Below are positions 56,311 to 64,000 of a DNA stretch of 64,000 nt, in pieces. The position numbers and the translations under genes are program-made. The notes under the pieces were generated by a model. That model saw only the letters and a list, made by a program, of their open reading frames with translations. It ran no database searches and was not told the DNA's origin. The stretch spans positions 211,103 to 275,102 of IMG/VR virus record IMGVR_UViG_3300048438_000153, one strand, 5' to 3'. Numbering within the stretch: position 1 is the first letter of the stretch; each line of letters starts with the position of its first letter.

Positions 56311-56646
56311 TTAAAGAGGGAGAGAGAAAGCGAGACAGATGACCGCTAGGTAGAAAGATATCATCTTCATGTTGCCCATGCGATCAGACTCTAAGACTAA
56401 CATACAAGACTCAGGGTCACTGAAGATCACCTCTTTCCTGAAGACCTGACCTGTCTCAGAAATCACGAGCAACTCTTCACCTTCCTCAACCGCGCTCTCG
56501 AAGACCTCTTGAGTTAGGTAAGTCTTGGAATCGGGCTTACTCTTGATGACCTCCTGTATGCGGAGGATTAGGTTATGGAGCGCCTTCTTCTCTTTCTGTC
56601 TGAAGAAAATAGAGGCGCAGAACAGAAACAGAGTTAAGTAGTACAT
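56311..56646 (-). CDS. Membrane hypothetical protein
   Basis: Hydrophobic termini. Confidence 0.65.
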   Translation of the reverse strand: MYYLTLFLFCASIFFRQKEKKALHNLILRIQEVIKSKPDSKTYLTQEVFESAVEEGEELLVISETGQVFRKEVIFSDPESCMLVLESDRMGNMKMISFYLAVICLAFSLPL

Positions 56647-56659
56647 GATTTAACCACTC

Positions 56660-56974
56660 TTAAATAGTATAGGACAGGAGCACTAGAGAGGATTGTGCAA
56701 TCACCATAGCCCTCTGATAGTTTAACATCAAAGAAGCATCATGAAGATGATCCCAAAACTCTCTCTCAGAGAAAGGCAGAATCCCACCTCGCTCCTTAAA
56801 GACATACAGAGCCTCCGCTTTAAGAAGAGAAAGCGTCTCTAAGTCTTTGAGGTAAAACGACGCGATAATCGAGAGTAGGAGGAGCACTGAGATTGTGAGA
56901 CTGCTATTCACGACACAGCAGAAAGCAAAACCGTACTGCGCCCACAAGATCCAACTGTTCTTATCATTGTTCAT
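56660..56974 (-). CDS. Membrane hypothetical protein
   Basis: Hydrophobic segments. Confidence 0.65.
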   Translation of the reverse strand: MNNDKNSWILWAQYGFAFCCVVNSSLTISVLLLLSIIASFYLKDLETLSLLKAEALYVFKERGGILPFSEREFWDHLHDASLMLNYQRAMVIAQSSLVLLSYTI

Positions 56975-56987
56975 TGTATTTTCTCTT

Positions 56988-57491
56988 TCAAGCCAAAGCT
57001 AAGATTTTAATCTCTTCGTTATCCCAAAGAACCTTCCCTCCCGAAACCTTCTCATAAGCCTCTCTCAAGAAAGGATTAGAGGGGTAAGAGGATGATCCGC
57101 TGATGATCCCACACCACTTGAACTTGTAAGACTCTCGATCCGAGATCTTCTCGTAGAAAGAAGTCTTGGAAGAATACTCTCCCATCCAATGATGAATCCC
57201 CGCAGACCAAGTAGATCGCCAATTTTTAGTGCGCTTGAAGTGCTTCCTATCCCGCGCCTTTCTGTTAAGAGTCCATCCGTTCAGACGCGATACAAGACGG
57301 AGGTTCATGCTCGCGTTCCCATGACCCATCGACTTATCATCCCGCGTCTGCGTAGAAGAAAGAAGAATCGCCACATTGTCTGAAAGGAGGATGTGGTAAA
57401 TCCCCGCTCGACCATCAACGCGCTCCCAATCAAAGTTCTCAGAAGTTAACCAACCCTCTAGATCGTCTCGGGTGATATTAACGTAACTCAT
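56988..57491 (-). CDS. Hypothetical protein
   Basis: AAGGAG RBS, 167 aa. Confidence 0.75.
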   Translation of the reverse strand: MSYVNITRDDLEGWLTSENFDWERVDGRAGIYHILLSDNVAILLSSTQTRDDKSMGHGNASMNLRLVSRLNGWTLNRKARDRKHFKRTKNWRSTWSAGIHHWMGEYSSKTSFYEKISDRESYKFKWCGIISGSSSYPSNPFLREAYEKVSGGKVLWDNEEIKILALA

Positions 57492-57548
57492 CTGATCTCC
57501 TTAGTGTGTGTGAAGCATCAGTTCTTAAGGCTGATGCTTTAAGTGGTT

Positions 57549-58160
57549 TTATTTATATGGGTTTAAACCCTTCAAACCGCTCCAATTGGTGAAGACTCTC
57601 TCGTGGGTTCCCACGCCATGTAAGAGATGCCCCGATATTCCATAAGCAGAGATATAGTCAACCACCATTTCTTTTATTTCTCCTGAAAGACAGAGCCTCT
57701 TTACTCCTATGAAATAGGGGTGGCTGACTCTCTTAAAATGACCAATGTCAGCTAAGATAATGTCGGACTTCTCTACTTCTTTCTTGTGGGCAAAAACACT
57801 CCCCTTCTCTACTTCTGTGACCCAATCAACTAGAGTCTCACAAAGACACTCAAGAGCACAATAATCAAGGGTATTGTCCTCGCCCACATGATCATTACAA
57901 ACTAGAACATTCTTAGCATGAGTTCTGTTGTCGTCTACAGCCATGTTCTTGTGTTCAAAGTCGATTCTCAGAGAGTCAGGTCTTTTCATTACTCTGACTG
58001 AAAGGTGAGAGTCAGATCCGATAAATCCATTTTTCCTTAGCAGGATGCCCGCCACCACTGAAAACTCTTTACCTTCACAGAAAGTATCGACGCCGATAAC
58101 TTTGACCATCTCGCGTACAAAGTTGCTTCTGCTCATTTCTTTCTCCTTAAGATAATACAC
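57549..58160 (-). CDS. Hypothetical protein (probable start MSRSNF)
   Basis: AAGGAG RBS before the internal ATG. Confidence 0.65.
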   Translation of the reverse strand: MYYLKEKEMSRSNFVREMVKVIGVDTFCEGKEFSVVAGILLRKNGFIGSDSHLSVRVMKRPDSLRIDFEHKNMAVDDNRTHAKNVLVCNDHVGEDNTLDYCALECLCETLVDWVTEVEKGSVFAHKKEVEKSDIILADIGHFKRVSHPYFIGVKRLCLSGEIKEMVVDYISAYGISGHLLHGVGTHERVFTNWSGLKGLNPYK

Positions 58161-58641
58161 CTGTGATTGAAGCCCAAGACACCCACTCTTTGGTCATTTC
58201 GTTAAAGTCACCGAAAACCGCGAGAGGCGTCACAACATTGACACGAAAAATACCCTCTGCCCCCTCGTCTACGATCAGTTCAGACCCAACTTTGAGATCG
58301 AAGCTCTTATAGCTCTCCACGCTCGATTGGAAAGCCTTCCTGATCTCAACATCTGACGACCCCCTCTCGACATACACAGGTAAGAATGGAATCCACTCAG
58401 TGGAAGTGGGGGACGAAGGATCAGGCTCAAAGCGAACTCCTACCTCAAAGAGATCGAAGCCCTCTTTCTCAGGGTAGTCGTGGTAAGCCATAAGACAGCT
58501 CGTGTAGCTCTCCATCACACACCCACCCCCATAGATCTTTCTTAAGCAGACTAAAGTATGTGATACGAATCCTGTCGCTAAGTCATGGCGAAACATCGCA
58601 TCCACTAAAGTATTGTTGACTCGTTCGTTGTAGGCAGTCAT
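58147..58641 (-). CDS. Hypothetical protein
   Basis: 164-aa ORF downstream of a repeated-motif copy. Confidence 0.65.
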   Translation of the reverse strand: MTAYNERVNNTLVDAMFRHDLATGFVSHTLVCLRKIYGGGCVMESYTSCLMAYHDYPEKEGFDLFEVGVRFEPDPSSPTSTEWIPFLPVYVERGSSDVEIRKAFQSSVESYKSFDLKVGSELIVDEGAEGIFRVNVVTPLAVFGDFNEMTKEWVSWASITGVLS

Positions 58642-58687
58642 ATAAATCTCTTTCTCTAGAAGCCCTCGTATGGATCTTGATCTAGTC

Positions 58688-58732
58688 GTTACTCTTAGTT
58701 ACCTAATCCTGATACCTCACCAATACCTCAAC
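58688..58732 (-). promoter_or_regulatory. Early-region repeated motif, copy 2
   Basis: GTTGAGGTATTGGTGAGGTATCAGGATTAGGTAACTAAGAGTAAC. Confidence 0.7.
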
Positions 58733-58777
58733 AATTCGACGCGCCACTATGTGTCAGAAAACCCCCTCAATCTCACA

Positions 58778-58897
58778 CTACCCGATCAGAGTAGGCTTGC
58801 CATTGTGTGAAAACTTCGCTCCAAAAGGGAAGACCTCTAATACTTCGTGAGCCTCCGCGTTCTTCTGAATCATCTTAAAGAACTTTTCGTCTGTCAT
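58778..58897 (-). CDS. 39-aa hypothetical protein
   Basis: MTDEKFFKMIQKNAEAHEVLEVFPFGAKFSHNGKPTLIG; starts just after the HNH stop. Confidence 0.4.
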   Translation of the reverse strand: MTDEKFFKMIQKNAEAHEVLEVFPFGAKFSHNGKPTLIG

Positions 58898-58901
58898 TTA
58901 C

Positions 58902-59369
58902 TTATCTTTCTGACTCAAGCCAACTCAAGTCCAATGTCCATTGATGCTGTGACCTCTCAGCGTGTTTCTGAAAGACCTCTACGATGTAAGCCTCAAGCTC
59001 ATCTACGGTCATCTCATTCTGCTCAAGAATATGGATCAACACTTTCTCTCTCGCTTGAGGCTTCTCTACAGAAAGAGTGCGTCCAAGATGCTTCGCCTTG
59101 TGACAAGTAGGGCAGAGCGCGATCAGACCCTTTAAAGTCTGCTCTTTCTTTCTGTCATCGTATGACCAAATCTCGTGACACTCGACAATACTCTTAGGCT
59201 TTCCGTTGTATCTCCTCCAGCCTACTCCGCCACAGATCTCACATTTGTGACCCGCGCTCTCATAACAAGCCTTCCTTAACTTATCCCACTCTTTCTTAGA
59301 GAGGTTCGCCTCAGAACGTAGGTTGTCCCCCCATGAGGAACTAGGCACAAGCTCAATACTCAACTTCAT
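58902..59369 (-). CDS. HNH-like endonuclease
   Basis: CEICGG..ECHEIW..LIALCPTCHKAKH. Confidence 0.85.
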   Translation of the reverse strand: MKLSIELVPSSSWGDNLRSEANLSKKEWDKLRKACYESAGHKCEICGGVGWRRYNGKPKSIVECHEIWSYDDRKKEQTLKGLIALCPTCHKAKHLGRTLSVEKPQAREKVLIHILEQNEMTVDELEAYIVEVFQKHAERSQHQWTLDLSWLESER

Positions 59370-59390
59370 AGTCTCTTCCTTTCGTTGTGA

Positions 59391-59433
59391 TTACTCTTAC
59401 TCTCCCAAACCTGTTGACTCACCAATACTTCAA
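59391..59433 (-). promoter_or_regulatory. Early-region repeated motif, copy 3
   Basis: TTGAAGTATTGGTGAGTCAACAGGTTTGGGAGAGTAAGAGTAA. Confidence 0.65.
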
Positions 59434-59445
59434 GTCACCAAACGC

Positions 59446-59493
59446 AAAAAAGCGCGGTGTAAAGTGCCGAATATCAACACTTTACACCGCGCT
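59446..59493 (-). terminator. Intrinsic terminator
   Basis: 16-bp perfect stem AGCGCGGTGTAAAGTG/CACTTTACACCGCGCT, extended by G-U pairs on the minus strand, followed by a U-tract. Confidence 0.8.
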
Positions 59494-59519
59494 CCTCACT
59501 TCAAACTCCGCTCGATCTG

Positions 59520-59708
59520 TCAGGCGATCTTCTTAGACTCCCTCTCCTCTCGTCTCTTGCCCTCTTCACATGAACAGTAAGGTGAGTCATTCAGGTGGTG
59601 GTCTAAGTTTGCCCTGAAAGAGAAATCAAAGAAGCCTCTCTTCTTCAATCCACCCTCGCACAAACCACATTCTTTCTTAATGTTTTCTTTCTTCATATCT
59701 ATCCTCAC
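59520..59708 (-). CDS. Small zinc-ribbon-like protein
   Basis: CGLC...YCSCEEG. Confidence 0.6.
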   Translation of the reverse strand: MRIDMKKENIKKECGLCEGGLKKRGFFDFSFRANLDHHLNDSPYCSCEEGKRREERESKKIA

Positions 59709-62242
59709 TTCTTAAGGAATCCATAGCTGTAAACTCCATGCTCAAGACTCTTTCCTAGACGACTGTGCTTCTCTCTTAAAGCATCCCACTTCGCTTTCAA
59801 CACAGGGTCGGTGTACCACATCTTCTTGTGCTGATAGATACCCGCATCCCACGCGCCTAAGTGAAGGTCAATGCTCTTTCCCCTCTCTACCACATGGTCA
59901 GTCTTAGACCTCAAGGCAAAGCTCTCAACGAATAACTCTCTCAAGTCAGTCATGATCTCTTTAGCCAAGTCAGAGAGATTAAGAGTCGGAAGCACATGAG
60001 AGAAGTAAGGGTCGCCGTTCTTTCTCCACTCAGGTGTCACATCCTCTCCTAACTCAATCCCTTTCTCGTAAGGAATCGGATTACTCTTAGCATCTCGGTA
60101 AAGAGCGCGAGCTTGCTTGTGTGATCCGTAAAGATCAAGAGCCTCTTTCCGAGTCATCCAAAAGAAATGGTTGTGGATGTTGTGAGTCTGACCCTTGTAC
60201 TCAACTCCTCTCATCGCGCTCATGTTATTAGAGATATGTAGGAGAGCATAAACGTGACAGTCATCAACCCACTGCTCATAGCCTTCTTTCTCAGTCTGAG
60301 GAGCTAGATACTCGTCCTTGTTGTTGATCCAAGTGTCTGTTGAGAGCTTGCGAGCAGAGTAAAGGGCGATAGCTCGTCTAAACCCTTCACCTGCAAGAAT
60401 GGGGATAGAGCGATTGTTTGAGTAAGGGGGCAAGGGGGCAAAGTAAACAAGCTGATTTTGGTAAGGGGAGTTGGAGTCGTTTACAAAGTAAACTAGTCCT
60501 TTTGGATCATGCTTTATTTTTTCACCTGAAACCATGAGTCCACTTCGACAGGTCAGATACGCAGACTTTTTAGCGGTGCTGTTCTTTAACCCTACCCATT
60601 TAGAAGCCTCTCTTTCAGTTGCCGAATACAAGTTTTTTCTCCTTAGAGAAACAACGCTTTCTTCTGCTATATCTTTCAGAGTGAGGGGAAGGTCTTGATT
60701 AGCTTCAGTAGTACCCTCGTTCCATAAAGTGAAGCTAATCGCCCAAGACCCTTTCACATCAGCGAAATGAGAGGCTTGGAACATGAAGCCCGACTGATAA
60801 GAATAACGCTCGTACCAATAGGGGCGAAACTTAGCGAAAGAGCCACTCACCATGTAAAGGATAGGCGAGAACACTCCCACACTCTTATCCTTGAACCCAT
60901 ACTCAGACGCTACCTGCTCACATTGAAATAAGAACTGAGCATAGAGCTGTTGAGAGCAAGCCCCTAACTTAGCCCCCTTCATCTCTTGGTTTACAATGGT
61001 ACTCGCTACTCCCTTTCGAGATTCTGCACTCTTTACCCCTGCTGTGGCATAAGGGGGGTTGATCAGAAACACCAATCGCTTCCCACTCTCCGCGCCCTTT
61101 CTCAGCATCTTCTTAACTGAAAGAGGTAACACGTTCTCGCGCTCCGAAAAGAAAGGGCTATCAGACTCAGGGTTCAAGAAATCATACTGAAAGACCTCCG
61201 CGCCCTCATTGTAACCCTCTCTAACAATCGCCTTCACGTCAGGTGCTTCCGCCGTAGAAAGAATAAGATTCTCGAAGTCAAAGTCGCGAGTCAAGTTCCC
61301 CGTCCCCGCGCAACAATCCCACACAATACACTCATCTCTCCAACCCTCCCCCAACACCTTGTCCATCTCAGAATGTGCCTCGTTTACCCATAACGTAGGC
61401 GTGTAGAAAGCACCCTGACGACGACGTGTGTCATCCTCAATGATCCTGTCTCTCATCGACACAAGCTCATCAATCTCTTTCGCGGATAAACCACGCTCTC
61501 GGCGCTCAAAGAAAGCCTCCATCGCCTTGAGATTCAGACGGTACTCCTTGCCCCCCATAACGAGCGTTTCTTTCTTCGAGGGATGCGCGTAAGCAAAGTG
61601 ATCATCTTCCTCAGAGTAAAACACACAACCAAAGAAAATGTCCGTCATCTCAACAGCCTCATAAAGATCTTCAGGGATGATGTGCTCCACCCAATACTGA
61701 TACATCGCTGAGATGTTCTTCTTAGATGGTTTCACCTTCAAAAGACAACCCTCTGATAACTGCTCGCAGAGACTCTTCAAGTGATGACCGTCAACTCCCA
61801 ACGTAGGCTCAAGATGAGCTGAGTGAGACACCTTAAGAGATGCGTCAGGACTCGATGGACGACGACTCCAATCAACCTCCGCGTTCAAGAACTCTTTCAC
61901 GCTCTCGAAAGAAATCGCGAAACAATGCGACTCGTCTCCAATAAAGATCACATTAGGAAGATCGTCTCCGCGCTCCTCAAATCGCTTGCAATAGTAAAGC
62001 GCCTGAGCCAACACCGATGAACGCACCTCTTCTTTCTTAAGGTCTGTGCCAAACTTCGTCTCAAGCAAAACACGCACCGAAGACTTCGTAGGTGACTCCC
62101 AAGAAAGAACTCCGTCCGTTGCCCAACCCGATCCCTTAAGACTCTTAAAGTGCTCGTCCGTTGCCTCCTCAAGAAGCCTACGGAAATGTGTAGTTACGTC
62201 CATCTCTGAATGGAATCTCATACTCAATCTCTTTCTCGACAC
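59705..62242 (-). CDS. Type IIG-like fused restriction endonuclease / N6-adenine methyltransferase
   Basis: N-terminal TDGV...LLETK...LAQALYY; GAFYTP, WDCCAGTGNL (motif I), INPPY (motif IV); long C-terminal TRD-like region. Confidence 0.8.
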   Translation of the reverse strand: MSRKRLSMRFHSEMDVTTHFRRLLEEATDEHFKSLKGSGWATDGVLSWESPTKSSVRVLLETKFGTDLKKEEVRSSVLAQALYYCKRFEERGDDLPNVIFIGDESHCFAISFESVKEFLNAEVDWSRRPSSPDASLKVSHSAHLEPTLGVDGHHLKSLCEQLSEGCLLKVKPSKKNISAMYQYWVEHIIPEDLYEAVEMTDIFFGCVFYSEEDDHFAYAHPSKKETLVMGGKEYRLNLKAMEAFFERRERGLSAKEIDELVSMRDRIIEDDTRRRQGAFYTPTLWVNEAHSEMDKVLGEGWRDECIVWDCCAGTGNLTRDFDFENLILSTAEAPDVKAIVREGYNEGAEVFQYDFLNPESDSPFFSERENVLPLSVKKMLRKGAESGKRLVFLINPPYATAGVKSAESRKGVASTIVNQEMKGAKLGACSQQLYAQFLFQCEQVASEYGFKDKSVGVFSPILYMVSGSFAKFRPYWYERYSYQSGFMFQASHFADVKGSWAISFTLWNEGTTEANQDLPLTLKDIAEESVVSLRRKNLYSATEREASKWVGLKNSTAKKSAYLTCRSGLMVSGEKIKHDPKGLVYFVNDSNSPYQNQLVYFAPLPPYSNNRSIPILAGEGFRRAIALYSARKLSTDTWINNKDEYLAPQTEKEGYEQWVDDCHVYALLHISNNMSAMRGVEYKGQTHNIHNHFFWMTRKEALDLYGSHKQARALYRDAKSNPIPYEKGIELGEDVTPEWRKNGDPYFSHVLPTLNLSDLAKEIMTDLRELFVESFALRSKTDHVVERGKSIDLHLGAWDAGIYQHKKMWYTDPVLKAKWDALREKHSRLGKSLEHGVYSYGFLKK

Positions 62243-62270
62243 ACCCTCTTATGAGCGCGCCTGTTTAATC

Positions 62271-62315
62271 GTTACTCTTAGTTACCCAACTCTGTCACCT
62301 CACCAATACCTCAAC
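62271..62315 (-). promoter_or_regulatory. Early-region repeated motif, copy 4
   Basis: GTTGAGGTATTGGTGAGGTGACAGAGTTGGGTAACTAAGAGTAAC. Confidence 0.7.
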
Positions 62316-62336
62316 CCCAACTAACCCCTAAACAAC

Positions 62337-62960
62337 CTAAACCACTCGGTAAAATCCCCTCGAAACACGCTCAATCAAACCGAGATCACACAACGCTCCC
62401 AAACCACCTCCAACCCGACCATACGACATACCCTCAATAGTAATGTCCCTCCTGAAAAAAGTAGCTCCCTTACCCAAAGATTCAAGCTCAGACCACACAA
62501 CATCTCTGCCCCTTCTCTTCGCCCCCATATCCTTAAGAAATGCATAGACTGTCGTTGTAGACTTACCACACTCATTCGCCAAATCTTGTACCCTCTCGCC
62601 CGATAAATACCTCTCTATTAAACCTTCACTCAATAAAGCCTCATGCCTAATCTTCTTATTCAGACCCTTTATGTCCCTCTTGCCCTCTCTCAAAGCCCCA
62701 TACACTAAAGAGGGACGCACACCAAAATGTGAGGACAAGTCAGCTACGCCCATACCCAAATCAAAAGCCTCGACAATCTGCGCCCTCAATGCCTTCTTAT
62801 TCTTGTAAACACCATGACGCTTCAAGACATTTAAGACTGTCCTATACGATACTCCATAATCCCGCGAAATGTCCTTTGCACCTTTACCCCCCGAGTAAGA
62901 CCGACAAACATTCTTCTCTTGCTTCTCCGTAAAAGCCCTACGGTTATCTCCCAATTTCAT
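62337..62960 (-). CDS. Multi-HTH DNA-binding protein with a C-terminal winged-helix-like segment
   Basis: Three HTH units (e.g. GAKDISRDYGVSYRTVLNVL); AGGAGG RBS before ATG 62960. Confidence 0.75.
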   Translation of the reverse strand: MKLGDNRRAFTEKQEKNVCRSYSGGKGAKDISRDYGVSYRTVLNVLKRHGVYKNKKALRAQIVEAFDLGMGVADLSSHFGVRPSLVYGALREGKRDIKGLNKKIRHEALLSEGLIERYLSGERVQDLANECGKSTTTVYAFLKDMGAKRRGRDVVWSELESLGKGATFFRRDITIEGMSYGRVGGGLGALCDLGLIERVSRGFYRVV

Positions 62961-63032
62961 GTGACACCTCCTGAATGTGTTTTGAGCTAATGAGTGAGAA
63001 TATATGAAAACTCCCTCCCTGATGACCACTTT

Positions 63033-63060
63033 CCCAAACCTGTTACCTCACCAATACCCC
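63033..63060 (-). promoter_or_regulatory. Early-region repeated motif, copy 5
   Basis: GGGGTATTGGTGAGGTAACAGGTTTGGG. Confidence 0.65.
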
Positions 63061-63431
63061 CACTCAAAATCAAACACGAAAAATCCAAAACCAAATAATA
63101 TATGGCTGACGCTTTATAAGAAAAACAATCCTAAAAATCTCTCGTGTAAGACCCCCCCTCTCTGAGAGGAAATACTAAGGAAGTCTATCCGCACAAGAGA
63201 AAAGGAAGGTGAGAAAGAAACAGGGTTCAAACATGGTTCAGAATCAGGCTTCTCATTTTCAATGCGTTTTCAATATGGCTTTTCGGGGGTCCCGACCCAC
63301 TCCGCCCACTTTTTGGCGCGAATCTGTGAGGTCGAAAGCGTGAACTCAAGGATCGCGCCGAGCCACACGCCTAGTTAGAGAGGGTTACGCCCCTATATAG
63401 ACCCTGACCCCCCCTCATCCCCTGAGCGCGC

Positions 63432-63563
63432 GCCGAACACTCCTTCTAGCCTGACCTCACCCTTGAACGAGCCGAACACTCCTTCTAGCCTGACCTCACC
63501 CTTGAACGAACCGAGCCTCAAGCTGACCCCGCCCTTGAACGAGCCGAGCCTCAAGCTGACCCC
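63432..63563. repeat. Tandem repeats (2 x 39 bp, then ~1.6 x 33 bp) sharing a CCCTTGAACGARCCGA core
   Basis: 63432-63470 equals 63471-63509; 63510-63542 is partly repeated at 63543-63563. Confidence 0.85.
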
Positions 63564-63610
63564 AACCACCCCACATGACCTCCGAGCGCCAACCTGAGCC
63601 GACCTCTAGT

Positions 63611-63655
63611 CATCAGCTAGAGGAGAGGTCAGCTCAACCCCTCCTCTAGCTGATG
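63611..63655. other. 15-bp perfect inverted repeat
   Basis: CATCAGCTAGAGGAG / CTCCTCTAGCTGATG; extends with G-U pairs on the minus strand. Confidence 0.75.
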
Positions 63656-64000
63656 GCTGAGCTAACCCCGAGCTGACCTGATTACTCCCTCACTCAACCC
63701 CTAGCCCTGATCCGACCTTGACCCCCTCCCCTGACAGAAAGGAGCGCCCCTCCCTCTCGCTTCTTTCTGTTGATCCCCTAGCTCGCCTGATCCTCTACGA
63801 GAAATAGGAATCTGTAGGTAACTAAGGGGAGTGAACTCATAAGGGAAGGGGCGCGTCAGCGACCCAACCTCGACCCTCAGCCTACCACGCCCTATCCGAT
63901 CCCTCAGTGAGTCCCAACCGCGCCATAGAACGCGAGCAGATGCTCCACGTCCTCGATGAGTGCCTCCCTTGCACTCATCACTGTAGGTAGCTTCGAGAGG

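Noticed and set aside
57513-57539. AAGCATCAG/CTGATGCTT hairpin as a terminator
   Set aside because: No U-tract on the coding (minus) strand; function unclear, possibly an RNA stability or processing element.
63432-63563. Possible mini CRISPR array
   Set aside because: The intervening segments are duplicated rather than unique spacers, the shared core is only ~16 bp, and no cas genes are nearby.

Overview
This window is 64 kb of a large, probably jumbo, tailed dsDNA bacteriophage genome in the standard genetic code, with no tRNA, rRNA, CRISPR array or integrase seen. It encodes bacterial-type replisome parts (DnaX, delta, delta', beta clamp), recombination enzymes (RecD2, RecA, RuvC, a three-gene SbcCD, a 4-Cys PD-(D/E)XK nuclease, an extended UvrD) and nucleotide metabolism (class Ia NrdA/NrdB, dCMP deaminase, MazG-like, DUF3310, a P-loop kinase). 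It also carries NusG and sigma-region-4-like regulators, a degenerate GroEL, an amidase endolysin, two ~1800-aa repeat-rich tail fibres, a 1737-aa SNF2-like protein and a leftward early-type region with a type IIG-like R-M gene. The most notable unexplained structure is: (1) an ~850-bp essentially non-coding island (8330-9190) with a GNRA-hairpin-rich putative ncRNA followed by a G-poor, DnaA-trio-like CTA/CAA tract (candidate origin); (2) a DNA methyltransferase split into three complementary, permuted ORFs plus an internally deleted duplicate; (3) a TA-N5-TTTAT putative late promoter 37-58 nt upstream of structural genes and of enzymes with K/R-x-A leader motifs (candidate head-packaged enzymes), including a T4-like RBS-occluding hairpin; (4) a five-copy ~30-bp motif upstream of early-type genes. 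All family calls come from reading motifs by eye, with no database searches.
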